64,000 nt of DNA from Octopus sinensis. Lineage: Eukaryota. The notes below the pieces were generated by a model that had not been told where the DNA came from, made no database searches, and was given only the letters and a program-made list of their open reading frames with translations. The DNA is taken from assembly GCF_006345805.1 (NCBI RefSeq), contig NC_043001.1, positions 130,138,001 to 130,202,000 of the forward strand, read 5' to 3'. Position numbers and translations under genes: made by a program. Position 1 is the stretch's first letter, and every line of letters starts with the position of its first letter. Of the stretch, positions 13,190-27,817 are shown in pieces.

Positions 13190-13425
13190 TACCTATTTCT
13201 TTATTACCCACAAGGGGCTAAACACAGAGGGGACAAACAAGGACAGAAATAGGTATTAAGTCGATTACATCGACCCCAGTGCATAACTGGTACTTAATTT
13301 ATCGACCCTGAAAGGATGAAAGGCAAAGTCGACCTCGGCGGAATTTGAACACACAACGTAATGCAGACAAAATACTGCTAAGCATTTCGCTCGGCGTGCT
13401 AACGTTTCTGCCAGCTCGCCGCCTT
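13190..13425 (-). mobile_element. tRNA-derived SINE family B (full length)
   Basis: Minus head AGGCGGCGAGCTGGCAGAAACGTTAGCACGCCGAGCG...GTTCAAATTCCGCCGAGGTCGAC. Near-identical copy at 34001-34235(-); others at about 875-1030, 3755-3890, 29325-29535, 29835-29985, 53740-53935. Confidence 0.9.
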
Positions 13426-13484
13426 TAAAATACTGATCATATTAAGTGACTAGCATGGGAATAAAAACCTCAAAGGTAATAATT

Positions 13485-13715
13485 ATTATTAAAATTATAA
13501 TTAAGGGTATCTAAAAGATACCATCATGGTAGATATAGCAGTCAAAACTTGATTCTAAAACCACATCAAATATTCATACAGCACCAGGAGAGAAGATAGT
13601 TTATTTCATCTCTTGGTACCGTGTGAATATTTGATGTGGTTTTAGAATCAAATTTTGACTGCTATATCTAGCATGATGGTATCTTTTAGATACCCTTAAT
13701 TATAATTTTAATAAT
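13485..13715. repeat. Long fold-back palindrome 2 (MITE-like), ~105-bp arms
   Basis: 13485-13591 (attattaaaattataattaagggtatc...caccaggaga) is reverse-complementary to 13609-13715; the few mismatches are mostly transitions. Confidence 0.95.
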
Positions 13716-13962
13716 TTTAATAATTTTATATATATATATAATATATATATATATATGTCTGTGTGTTTGTGTGTATATATATATGTATATATATATATAT
13801 ATAATATATATATATACATATACATATATATGTACATATACATATATGTGTACATATATAATATATATATGTACACACACATATATATATGCATATATAT
13901 GTACATATATATGCATATGTATATATATGTGTATATATATATATATACACACACACATATAT

Positions 13963-13993
<31 letters not shown>

Positions 13994-14408
13994 CCTTTAT
14001 ATATATGTTTATATGCAGCATGCAACTAGTGTCAAGACAATAGGAAGTCACAGACATACAGACGCTCATACATGCGTATATGTGTAATATATATATATAT
14101 ATGTACATGTATACATTACACACATGCATGCACACATATGTGTATATACATCTGTGTGTATATATATATATATATGCATGTGTGTGTGTGTGTGTGTGTG
14201 TGTTTTCTTTTACGGTTTAATGCTTCAGACATTTAGACTGCCCCATGGTGGGGCACTGCATTGAAGAATTTCAGCCAAATGTTTCACTTCCAGTACTTGT
14301 TTTCTTTTAAGCCTGGTACTTATTTTATCAGTCTCTTTTACAGAACTGCTAAGTTATGGAGATGTATACATGCTAACACTGATTGTTAAGTAGTGGTGTG
14401 AGACAAAA

Positions 14409-14439
<31 letters not shown>

Positions 14440-14878
14440 CAGTGGGGTGTCTTTCAGTTTCCCTCTACCAAATCCACTCACAAGGCTTTGGTAAGCTTTC
14501 GGTTATTGTGTACAAATAGAGGTATGACTGGACTACTAATGTTAAGTTTAGACCTCCACTCTACTTCCTTCCTCAGAATATCAGTTAAGCAATGCTAAAA
14601 TTTCGTATTATTACTACTTATGAATTACTGTGAAATTATGATAAATTCAAGTTCATATTATTAGCTTCTTCAAACGTATCTGGTACTCTGCATTTTGATG
14701 CTTAACCAGAATTAGTCATTTGGTGCTTAACCAGAATTAGTCTCTTTGATACATTATGTTACAGAGAACTCATGTAACCTGATGCACTTGAAACATCCAT
14801 AGCAGGGATCAAAGTAACCATAATGATGAATTGTACATAGTAACAACTTATATTAATTTATGTTTACCATAATTTCTC

Positions 14879-15098
14879 ATCATTTGACTGTGGCTATGCT
14901 GGAGCACTACCTTTAGTCGAACAAATCGACCTCAGGACTTATTCTTTGTAAGCCTAATACTTATTCTATCTGTCTCTTTTGCTGAACCGCTTAGTTACGG
15001 GGACGTAAACACACCAGTATTGGTTGTCAAGTGATGGTGGGGGACAAACACAGACATGCAAACATACACACACAGACTCACACATGTATGTATATATA

Positions 15099-15150
<52 letters not shown>

Positions 15151-15310
15151 GACAGGCTTCTTTCATTTTCTGCCTACTAAATCCACTTACAAGGCTTTGG
15201 TCAGCCTGAAGCTATAGTAGACGACACTTGCCCAAGGTGCCATGCAGTGAGACCAAACCCAGAACTATGTGGTTGATAAACAAGTTACTTACAACACAGC
15301 CACTTCTGCA
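14879..15310 (-). mobile_element. SINE family A
   Basis: catttgactgtggctatgctggagcac...cacagccacttctgc. A partial copy lies at about 14225-14500. Confidence 0.88.
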
Positions 15311-15316
15311 CACATA

Positions 15317-15352
<36 letters not shown>

Positions 15353-15510
15353 TATTAGACAGTGAATAACAATCCCTACACTACCAGTTTGGAAACTGCT
15401 TTTAAGCAAGAAACTCCTATCAGAGTCACCTTTTCTAAACTTATAAACATCAAAGTGTAAAAACTATTAAAACCAAAACTTAGTGGTTGCAAAGCAGACT
15501 TCTTAATTAC

Positions 15511-15658
15511 TCAGACCAATCTTTGCATATGCCCTTCATTGATTATCCCAGACCAGTCTGACCAATCCAGTTGATGTTCAGTTTGAAATTCACGGAAGAA
15601 ATTGCAGGAAGCTGCAACTCTAAGATGGACCAGTTCTGGAAAGTGTCTAGCATATATT
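15511..15658 (-). CDS. Candidate terminal coding exon: IYARHFPELVHLRVAASCNFFREFQTEHQLDWSDWSGIINEGHMQRLV*
   Basis: tttcttgctgtag| acceptor, 48 open codons of complex protein-like composition ending in TGA, in non-repeat sequence. No family recognised; strand conflicts with the + strand candidates. Confidence 0.35.
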
Positions 15659-16860
15659 CTACAGCAAGAAACTTGTTTTGCTCTGGTTCTTTCTCTCATG
15701 CATTACACCTTTCTGCTCTTTACTTTCATAGATTAAAGTTCGTTGACTCCACTAAAGTTCCATAGACTTCCAAGCTGCATAGTGTACAGGTAAAATGTTT
15801 TTTGGAAACGAATTATAATTTTTAACACTGCTACTATGGGAAATTATTGCTCTGTTTTATGAGTGGTCTCTGGGAACAAATCAACTCATATATCAAGGTA
15901 TTACTGTATATATATATATATATATATATAAATATTGTTGCAGCTGGGGAGAGTCATTCTCTTTTAGTGCCTTATTATTTAACACATGCACCGGTAAAGT
16001 TTCCACTCATTTACTTATTTATTGTTCCTAGAATTTTCATTGCGTCTTGCAACCTTTTTAATAGTCTATATATATACACACACACACTTATATATATAGA
16101 GAGAGTGAGAGAGAGAGAGAGAGAGAGAGTGAGAGAGAGAGAAGTATGTGTATACATGTATCTATTGCTTGTATATCTATATTACTTACATATATACATA
16201 TATAGGTATGATTATATGTATATATCTTCTTTGACAATGTTATATATATCATCATCATCATCATCATCATCGTGTTCCATGCTGGCTGACATGGGTTGGA
16301 TGAGTTGACTAGGATTCAGTGAGTCACAGAACTGCATTGTACTTCAGTGTCTGCTTTAGCCGGGTTTCTATAGTTGGATGCCCTTTCTAATGCCAACCAC
16401 TTTACAGCATACACTCAGTGTGATTTTTCGTGTCACTGGTACTATTGAAGTCACCATGCACCTTGCAAGTCAAAAGACCTCAGGGAGCTAGGATGTTCTG
16501 TCCATATGTTAGGAGCAGGGTTAAAGTATAAAGGAAGATGGAGGCTGGGGGTAGAACAGGTTCTCACTGTAGGGGAGCTGTATGGCTACTAACGTTTCAG
16601 AAAGAGAGAGAGAGAATGAATTAAAAGCATCACCAAGGAGAAAAACAATGGTGACGAGATGTCCAGATGGTACCTCAGATAGCATGAGTAGCAGTGGGTG
16701 GGGGTTGAGGAGTAAAGAGGGGTACATACCTGTTTAGATGGATAGAGAAACAGACAGATAGATATAGGACATAAAAAAAAGCAGCCACCTGTCTATCAGT
16801 CCTAGAAGTCAAATGCTAGTACAACAGAAACTTCAGTTATTATATAATAAAAGCGAACAT

Positions 16861-17295
16861 AGGTGCAGGAGTGGCCATAGGCGCAGGAGTGGCTGTGTGG
16901 TAAGTAGCTTGCTAACCAGCCACATGGTTCCGGGTTCAGTCCCACTGTGTGGCATCTTGGGCAAGTGTCTTCTGCTATAGCCCTGGGCCAACCAAAGCCT
17001 TGTGAGTGGATTTGGTAGATGGAAACTGAAAGAAGCCTGTCGTATATATGTATATATATATATGTGTGTGTGTGTGTGTTTGTGTGTCTGTGTTTGTCCC
17101 CCTAGTATTGCTTGATAACCGATGCTGGTGTGTTGAAATCCCCGTCACTTAGCGGTTCGGCAAAAGAGACCGATAGAATAAGTACTGGGCTTACAAAGAA
17201 TAAATCCCGGGGTCGATTTGTTCGACTAAAGGCGGTGCTCCAGCATGGCCGCAGTCAAAATGACTGAAACAAAGAAAAGAAAAGAAAAGAAAAGA
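16861..17295 (+). mobile_element. SINE family A with an 18-bp duplicated head
   Basis: aggtgcaggagtggccat + aggcgcaggagtggctgtgtgg followed by the full body. Confidence 0.92.
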
Positions 17296-17366
17296 AAAAA
17301 AAGAATTCTTATTACATATACTTCTTCCTTTTAAACAACAACTCAAGAAAAATTTATTAAGAACAA

Positions 17367-17397
<31 letters not shown>

Positions 17398-17539
17398 TGT
17401 ACACATGCATGCATATATATATATATATATATAATAAAGGGAGAGAGAGAGAGAGAAAGAGAGATCAGAGAACCATTTGGTTTCTTATACAATTTGAAGT
17501 ATGCTATCAATATACTAGGTGATTATTAATCAATGGTGA

Positions 17540-17837
17540 TTTGTTATTAGTATCATTATTAATAGCATTATTATTATTTCACTGTTGTTGATGTTATAAT
17601 TATTCTTATCATTTATATCAAATTATTACTGTTGTTATTATCATCATCGTTATTATTACTAAATTATCATTGTTGCTATTATTATTATTACCATTATTAT
17701 TATTATTACTATTATTATTATTATTATTATTATTATCATTATTATTATTATCATTATTATTATTATTTTTATTATTATTATTATTACTATTTTTATTATT
17801 AATATTATTACTATTATTATTATTATTACTATTATTA

Positions 17838-17877
<40 letters not shown>

Positions 17878-17955
17878 TATTATTAAATTATTAGTTTTGT
17901 TGTTCTTATTATTAAATTATTATTTTTGCCATTCTTTTTATTATTATTCTTATTA
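17540..17955. repeat. (ATT)n-rich compound microsatellite
   Basis: Direct inspection. Confidence 0.9.
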
Positions 17956-18360
17956 CGTTTGATGAATGGCCCCTAAAAAAAATATAATTTCATATAAGAT
18001 ATTACTTCCGCTACCATCACTACCACCACCACCTTTGATAAACCAGCACTATGACCATTATATAAACATGATATTGGTGCAATGTTTTTAAGAACACAGG
18101 CTAAATGAGATTGGCCATAGAACAACAACAGGCTAATAATATATTTCCAAGCTTCAGATCGGAAGTGCCTTCCATATTTTTTTGTCTATAATATGCATAC
18201 TCATTTATCTATAAGCTTTCCCTTATACACATCCCACCATACAGATGTTCACATACACACAATTATGTACACTCAAACACAGACACACAATATATGAGAA
18301 ATGAATAGCTTTTTACCTGTTAGTGGTTTGCGTTGATGTATATACATATATTATATATGT

Positions 18361-18393
<33 letters not shown>

Positions 18394-18439
18394 CACACAT
18401 ATTTACATGCATATACTTCTATAGATATACATACCTACA

Positions 18440-18488
<49 letters not shown>

Positions 18489-18589
18489 AAGTATGTATAA
18501 TAGTGCGCATATGAACGTTCATATCAAAAACATTAGGGAAGAAAGGGAGCATAATTTTATATTCATTTTTTTTCCTGTGTCAGTGTTGT

Positions 18590-18748
18590 TGCAATGACAC
18601 ATATTTACACATACATTATGCATACATACATGCAGAATAAGCATACATGCTTATACCCATTAACATGCATATCACACATATACACATATATACATACATA
18701 CATGCATACATACATACATACATATATTACATATATATATATATACAC

Positions 18749-18782
<34 letters not shown>

Positions 18783-18791
18783 ATATATATA

Positions 18792-18836
<45 letters not shown>

Positions 18837-18870
18837 TATACAGATATATATATACATATTATATATATAT

Positions 18871-18911
<41 letters not shown>

Positions 18912-18956
18912 TATACATATATATATATATACAATATATATATATACATATATATA

Positions 18957-19001
<45 letters not shown>

Positions 19002-19070
19002 ATATATATATATATATATATACATATATTATATATAATATATATATATATATATATATTTCCATATATA
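18590..19070. repeat. (CATA)n/(TA)n compound microsatellite
   Basis: Direct inspection. Similar (TA)n fields at about 10480-10720, 13730-14010, 19690-19900, 23020-23390, 59220-59420, 63550-63780. Confidence 0.95.
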
Positions 19071-19750
19071 ATGAAATAAAAGTAAAAAAATAGGAGAAAA
19101 AATAGGGGGAAAATCAGAAAATAGATAGCTTATTGAGAGTAGAACACCAGCTAACAATGAGCTGCTTTTAATAAAGTGAGAAGAATAAGTTTTTCAATGC
19201 ATCATTGAACAAAACAATTATATACACATATATATAGACTCTTACACATACCTGCATATGTGTGTATATGTGTATTTATGTATATATATATATATGTGTG
19301 TGTGTGCGTATGTGTGTGAATATATATATATATATATATATATATTACATGCATACATGTATGCGTATATAGATATATATATATATGTATGTTTGTGTGT
19401 TTGTGTGTATATGCATGCATGTATGTATGCATATCTTATCTATTGTTAGGGTTTCAAAACTATATCTTATTGAAGCAAAGAAGTGAATTATGAAATCTTG
19501 GGTTACTTTTGTTCTTTCAACCTTTCTACACCTTTTTTTTCCCTCCCTTTTTTTCATTTATGTATGGTATACATATATATATATATATACACACACATAT
19601 ATGTATGTATGTAATGTATAATATATATCTACAACGCATGCATACATACACATCCATGTGTGTATAGTGTATGCATACCTGTATATTCATATATATGCAT
19701 ATATACGTATATTATATTATATATATATATATATATACATATATATATAC

Positions 19751-19787
<37 letters not shown>

Positions 19788-20259
19788 GATATAGATTATA
19801 GATATATATATAGATTTAGATATAGATATATAGACATGTATGCATATGCATATATATATGTATATATGCGTATATATATATATATATATAATGTATGTAT
19901 GCATATATACATAAGCACTTAACGTCATTTGAAGTTAGTTGCATTTAATAACAGTCCGATTTTCTTTGCTTATTAATATTCCAACACAGTGGTACAATAT
20001 CTTTTGATAACAACCATGTTGTATATCTGATAGATTTAGGATGGGTAGAGGTGCAAGGTTGGCAGCTTGGCATTTTGCTGTGCATTTGGGCATGTTGATT
20101 GGTGTAGGGGTGATCAGTTGAATGGGAGGTGCAAACAGCCTCTCCAATGTTGTGGTGATGATGATGATGATATATGATATAATGCTAGTAATAATACTAA
20201 TACTAATAATAATAATAACAACAACAAAAACAACACAAGTAATAATTCTAATAATAATA

Positions 20260-20298
<39 letters not shown>

Positions 20299-20769
20299 CG
20301 CCCTGCACAAACAAATAAGCAAGCACAAACCGATGAGACATCACTGCCTTGCTAAACACCAATGAATGTGAGAGTATGAAACTTCAAACACACCCTTGCT
20401 TGGATATTGACCATTAAAGACTGACAGCAAAACAACAGCAACAACAACAATAATAATAATTTCTTGATAATGAATACAGAGAAAATAAAATGAATATCTA
20501 AATGTGTGTGTGTATTATATATATATTATATATATATATATATAAACACATACACACATATTTATATGTAGGTATATAGTTATGATATATATATGTGTTT
20601 ATATATACAGAATTTCCCTTATGGAAAAGCATAATTTAAATATGCTATATACTTAAAAGCCTGAAAACATGACAGAACATGTGGCATACATACCTATGTA
20701 TGTATACGTGGTCATATATATGTGTGTGTGTGGTGTTTGTATATTCTATATCTACCTATCTACCTGTCC

Positions 20770-20806
<37 letters not shown>

Positions 20807-21719
20807 ATGTATATATACATATATATATGTATATATGTATATATGTATATATATATAATGTATAACTAATAATATTATATATCTATATATATATATATTA
20901 TATATATATGTATATATATGTATATATATGCATACATATCTTACCAGCATGAGATGGGGAACATAAAATAATGATAGACACACACACACACACACATGCT
21001 CACACTTTAAAGTGTACATAAGTCTACTCATAATCCTGACTCTCATAACACAGTACCCCTCATTTGCAACATTCATTTTTTTGCCTCCTTCTTCACACCA
21101 TATCAATTTTCTTGGAACAACACTCCTTACTCATAAATAAATAAAATATTTAATACATTAGAAAAATAATAACATTAACAACAACAATATTGTTATTAAA
21201 AAGATATATAATATAATAGGTTTATATATTTTTCTTCATACATTTTTTTATATTTGTTGGGGTAGTGAGAAAGGCGGCATTTCTGTTGCCATATCCAGGG
21301 GGTTAAAAATCTTTTGGTTTGAGTGGTTCACTGTGAGGAACTAAGAGATTTGCAATAAAACAGGTTTACCTAAAACAGAATCCATAGTGAGTTGTTTGCG
21401 TATGTTTTACTTCTATTTTTTTTTTGTTTGTTTGTTTGCTATTTTTTCTTTGTTTGGTTTTTGTTGTTTTACTTTTTTATTTTTTGTTTTTGGCAATTGA
21501 TGTGGCTGCTTATGTATATTGCTTTCAAGAATAAAAACGACACATCAATAAACAACAGAACAGCTAACACACAAACCGATAAATACATGCTCAAACACAC
21601 ACACGCACACACACACACACAGAGACACACACACACACACACACACATATGCATATACATAATGTGTCTTATCTTTCATTCATTTAGTAATGAAAACATA
21701 AATTCATGCATCTATACAT

Positions 21720-21765
<46 letters not shown>

Positions 21766-21974
21766 CAAATTGTACACACACATATTCATGTATATACAGG
21801 CTTATTTTATATGTATGTATGTATTCAAATATATAAAAATATGTATACAGATAACATACAACAACAGAGTATATAGTGCTGTTTTGTATATATTCACTTG
21901 TGCCTACGATGTGTGGGTGTATGCATGTCCACATGTATGTATGTATCTATACACGAACAGGTATATATATATAT

Positions 21975-22039
21975 ATAGGCATATACTTATATCTAGCTAT
22001 CTATATGTGTGTGTGTGTGTTTATAATATATATGTATAC

Positions 22040-22075
<36 letters not shown>

Positions 22076-22375
22076 GCATATTATATATATATATATTTAT
22101 ACATATATATATTATATATACTTGTATATTTCCTATATATATACATGTACTCATATATAATACAATATATCTATATAGGCATATACTTATATCTAGCTAT
22201 CTATATATGTGGTGTGTGTGTTTTATATATTATATGTATACCTGTATATATATATATATAATATAATATATACTGCATATTATATATATATATATTTATA
22301 CATATATATATTATATATACTGTATATTTCCTATATATATACATGTACTCATATATATACAATATATATATAGGA
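21975..22375. repeat. Tandem duplication of a ~200-bp TA-rich unit
   Basis: Two copies beginning tataggcatatacttatatctagctatc and ending catgtactcatatat..tacaatatat. Confidence 0.85.
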
Positions 22376-22450
22376 AAATATATATATATTAATATGTCAA
22401 TATATGTATATAATATATAGTGTATATGTGCATATGATATATATATATAT

Positions 22451-22481
<31 letters not shown>

Positions 22482-22666
22482 TTGTTACACACACACACAT
22501 TTCTGAGCAAACTCATTGGCAACTAATCACATTTATGCACACAAAATCTCACTTTTCCTCACCTTCACCATGTTTGTAAACCCTTCAATTGCACTTCTTT
22601 CTTATCCTTCTTTATCCCTATTTATCCTTTCTGCTTTAGCTATCTATCTATCTATCTATCTATCTA

Positions 22667-22714
<48 letters not shown>

Positions 22715-23037
22715 GCCTATATCATTCCATTAAACTAAATATTTACACCCTGCAGGTGTGCATATATATATATAGGTGCACATTAATGCATACATGCACG
22801 TCCATAGATGAATACACATACATGTAAATACTCATATTCATACATACTTAGAATCACACATATATAAGGTAAATGCATATGATAAAAATATAGGTGTTCA
22901 CAACATTCTTACATGCAATTTGTGCATATGTGTGTGGGTGTATGGTTTTTGTTGTTGTTGTTGTGTGTGTGCGCTTCTCAGTGTGTGTCCAATAGGTCAC
23001 TAATTTTTCTTCCACACCTTACATATATATACATATA

Positions 23038-23100
<63 letters not shown>

Positions 23101-23112
23101 CTTATATATTAT

Positions 23113-23164
<52 letters not shown>

Positions 23165-23246
23165 TGTATATTATAAGTATATATATATATATATATATAA
23201 GTATATGATATATATATACATATATATATATATGTATATATATAAG

Positions 23247-23278
<32 letters not shown>

Positions 23279-23808
23279 AGTATATATATATATATATTAT
23301 ATATAATATATGATATATATATATCATATATTATATATGATATATATATATACACATATATATATACATATATATATACACACTTATATTTATACTGACA
23401 TCATTTCCACACTTCATTAGCTGTGTCCTGCTCTGTCTCCCACCAACTACCAAAACCTCCCACCCCACAAAAATATACATTAAATACCTAAATAGCATAG
23501 AAACACATCAAAGCTATTCGGTAGCATGAAGGTCTATTCTTTAATACAGTCAAAAACACAAACAAACAAACAAACAAACAAATATATAAATGGTGAAAGT
23601 CTTGGTTTTTGACTTTTCATTAAGGAACTCCACTCTTCTTACTTCAAGAAGAGCTGCCTTATGTAGTTATATTTTTTCATTGCCATGTTTTGTTTTGGTT
23701 TTTTTTTTAATTTTTTCTGTTTTTGTTTTGTTATGCTGTTCTTGTTTATCTTTCTGTCCCCTGTTTTCACTTATGTTTTCTTGGATGCAATCTTCTTTGT
23801 TCAATTAG

Positions 23809-23827
23809 ATGGAGCAATTTAGCTAAG
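23809..23827 (+). CDS. Candidate 19-nt micro-exon (phase 2 to 0, WSNLAK)
   Basis: >100-nt T-rich tract with TGC, tcaattag|ATGGAGCAATTTAGCTAAG|gtaagc; only one frame is stop-free. Confidence 0.45.
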
Positions 23828-24169
23828 GTAAGCCATTAGAACATTCAGGTCCAAGATTTATCTTATCTATGTAAACACAATTGGATGAATGCCCCTTATT
23901 ATCTATATGTGTGCTACACATAGATACATACAGATCTACATGCATGCGTATGTGTGTGCATGTGTGTGTGTATGTTTGTGTGTGTGTGTGTTTAAGTATA
24001 TGTATATTAGTTTTGAGTCATCATTTTTTTCTTATAATTTTCCTTAGTTTTTTTGGGGTTTTTTTTTTGTTTGTTTTTCTTTCCTGATAAAGAAAGGCTC
24101 AAAGCCACAGGAAAACAGATGAAGATTGACTCTGGCAATTATGATGGAGAAGTAGGGGAGACTGTAAAA

Positions 24170-24619
24170 GATTGTGATGATTATGATGATGATAACGATG
24201 ACGATGATGATGATGACGGCGAGTGCAATGATGTTCATGATGACACTGGTGATCATGATAACACAGGAAATAATTCTGATCATCATATGTTCAAGACGAT
24301 GTGTACAATGAAGATGATATTGATAATGATGATGATGATGATGATGATGATGATTATAATACTGATGATGTCAATGACAATGATGAAGATGATTATTATT
24401 GTTTCGGAGATAGCATGTTATTATTACTATCATTATTATTAATTTTTGTGGGGAGGCTCGCCATTATCACAATCGTGTTGGCTATTATTGTTGTTCTTTG
24501 CTTGTGGGTTGAAAAGTATCGCACATTTTCATTATGATTATCATCTTAATAAAAGTAGTGCATGAATATAAACAGTAATATTGAAAACAACAACAATAGC
24601 TATACTTCTATAAAAGCTA

Positions 24620-24677
<58 letters not shown>

Positions 24678-24857
24678 TAGTAATAATAATAATAATAACA
24701 ACAACAATAATGATAATAATAACAACAACAACAACAACAACAACAATAATAATAATAATATGATGATGTGGTGGTGATGGTGATGATGATGATGATGATG
24801 ATGATAATGATGATAATAATAATAATAATAACAACAACAACAATAATGATAATAATA

Positions 24858-24888
<31 letters not shown>

Positions 24889-25187
24889 AATATTAATAAT
24901 GATAGTGATGTTTCTTATATTGGTCACAGGGGACCCAAGATGTTGCAGACAAGACAAAGGTGGAATACATGACAAAATAACAAACAAGAAACAATGGGTG
25001 TGATTTACATTAACCATAAGGATGAGATTAATAACAAGAAGAAGAAGAACAACAACAACAACCATAAGGGCAATAACTGCAACAATAACAACGACAACAA
25101 TAATAATAATAATAATAATTTCGTTTGTTTGCACCAAAGGGGGGGACAGATGAAGGAGACATTATTACAGAGCTTGGCTTGGTTATA

Positions 25188-25222
<35 letters not shown>

Positions 25223-25379
25223 AAATTATAATTTAGACACAAGGTGAATAATTTTTGAAGGGGAGAGAGCTAGTTGATACCATTGACCCCAGTATAACCT
25301 TTGTATTTTCTTTTTTTGTTTGTTGTTGTTGTTTTGATGATAATGTTCTGAATGATGTCTTATATATTATGTACAATGG

Positions 25380-25420
<41 letters not shown>

Positions 25421-25675
25421 TAATATGATAATAATAATAATGTTTGTAATAACTACAACAACAACAACAACACTTTCAAAATTAACAGTGGTAATAACAA
25501 GACAACAATGACAACAGGGATAATAATGTGCCTATTAGATTTATGACCGATTATGATGATGATGATGATGATGGTTATGATGATAAAGAGAAGGATGTTC
25601 GTCATTAATATTTTTGTTGTTGCTATTATCCTCAACGATGTTCTTTTTTATTATCATGGACATTACTTTTGATGA

Positions 25676-25707
<32 letters not shown>

Positions 25708-25755
25708 TTACTACTACTGTTGACATATTTGCGTGTTTCTGCTTTTGTCAGCATC

Positions 25756-25793
<38 letters not shown>

Positions 25794-26040
25794 AATAATG
25801 ATAATTACCATCCTCACCATCATTGCCATCATCATCATTATTGTTGCACTACCACCACCACCACCACCGCCGCCACCAAGAACACCATCATTGTCATCAC
25901 AGTCATCATCAACATCATCATCATCTTCAATTTCAGTCATTCACTGTCCACAACCACCAACCACCGCCACAATCACTTCTCATCACCAAAATGAGATTTC
26001 TTTGGTTATTTCCTTTGAGTAATAATAATAATGATAATAA
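24170..26040. repeat. Mosaic of trinucleotide repeats (GAT, AAT, AAC, ACT, ACC, CAT)
   Basis: Direct inspection; source of the poly-I/N/D/H/T ORFs. Confidence 0.9.
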
Positions 26041-26275
26041 TAGGAAGAACCTTCAAAAATAAGTATATTAGAGTGGGGAGATTAAGGAGATTGCCTTACT
26101 CTGGGAGAGGATAGAGAAAGAAGGAGCTGGATCAGTAGGGTGGAAGAGAAAGAAGGGTTCGTATTGTCTGAGGTGTTAGGGTGAAGTTGCTGTAGGTAAT
26201 GTCCATGGGAAAACTAAATGATTTGCAGTTTTGTTTTACCATATAAAACACACACGTGCATGTGTATATATACAG

Positions 26276-26307
<32 letters not shown>

Positions 26308-27409
26308 GTATGTATGAATGTATGTATGTATGCTGTATGTATGTATGTATGTATGTATGTATGTATGTATGTATGTATGTATTCATTCATTCATTCATTC
26401 ATGTATGTATAAATTAATTAATTGATTAATAATTCTTCTCTAGACAAGATCTGAAATTGAACCAGAAATCATAAATGACATCACAGAGAAATTTGAGGAT
26501 GTTTTTTTATTCTGTTTTTTTTTTTTTTGGTCATGATGTTAACACAAATGTAAACATTTTTATTTCTTACTCAAGAATATTCCATACATGAATTCATATT
26601 TTTATGGATAAGAAGAGAATGGGGTGTTGTGATGTTTGTACCTTATTTTAAAGATGTTTTCAAAGATGTTTGGCATTAGGAAGGGCCTTGACGTTAGGAA
26701 AGGCATCCAGCTGTAAGAAACACTGCCAGATCAGACTGGGCTGGCGCAGCCTTCTGGCTTCCAAGACCCCAGTTGAACCGTCCGACCCATGCTAGCATGG
26801 AAAACGGACGTTAAATGATGATGGTGATGATTTTCAATGTCCCTAATGAGCGCTCTCTGCAACTAAGAACCAGACTTTACTCATGATTTTGGAATATAAA
26901 TATCGATTCAGTCCAAAGGGTACTCAAGCTTTTATATTTTATATGTTTGATCAACTTGTTAGAAATCTCAGCCAAATTTCTGTCAGAAGAAACCTCTACT
27001 GTCTCAAAAAACAAAACAGTGGTTTCAAATTTTGTCACAAGGCCAGTAATTTTAGGGGAGAACATAACTCAATTAGATTGACCCCATACTCAAGAAGACC
27101 TTTACTCCACAACAGAAGTGTTAAGGACACTCCACCTCATAAAGAAGATTGGCCTGCATGAGTCATGTGCCCATGCCATGCAAAAAGCACTCATGCCGGT
27201 GCCACATAAAAGTATTCCTGCAATTACATGTTAAAAGCACCCTGCACACACCAAAAAGTGGTTGGTGTAAGAAATGGCATCCAGTCAAAGAAACCATCCC
27301 AACTTAGACTGGAACCTGGTTCAGCTCTTTGGCTTGCAAGCACTTGTCAAACTGTTCAACCAATACCCCAGCATGGCAGATAGAGGCTGAATGAGGATGA
27401 ATGAGTATA

Positions 27410-27800
27410 TACTCTTTACTCTTTTACTTGTTTCAGTCATTTGACTGCAGCCATGCTGGAGCACCGCCTTTAGTCGAGCAAGTCGACCCCAGGACTTATT
27501 CTTTGTAAACCTAGTACTTATTCTATAGGTCTCTTCTGCCGAACTGCTAAGTTACAGGGATATGAACACACCAGCATCGGTTGTCAAGCAATGTTGGGGG
27601 GGACAAACACAGACACAAATACATATATACATATACACGACAGGCTTCTTTCAGTTTCCATCTACCAAATCCACTCACAAGGCTTTGGTCGGCCCGAAGC
27701 TATAGTAGAAGACACTTGACCAAAGTGCCACGCAGTGGGGCTGAACCCAGAATAATGTGGTTGGCAAGCAAGCTACTTACACACAGCCACTCCTATGCCT
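27410..27800 (-). mobile_element. SINE family A
   Basis: Tail tactctttactcttttacttg to head cagccactcctatgcct. Confidence 0.9.
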
Positions 27801-27817
27801 ATATATATATATATAAA

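Noticed and set aside
14699-14742. 25-bp tandem duplication (also ~14-bp x3 at 53191-53236 and a 45-bp pair at about 30556/30693)
   Set aside because: Ordinary slippage duplications with no further structure.
16722-16780. Minus-strand polypyrimidine-CAG|GTATGT resembling a recursive splice site
   Set aside because: Host gene orientation is not established, the pyrimidine tract is (CTAT/CTGT)-type repeat, and such juxtapositions arise by chance.
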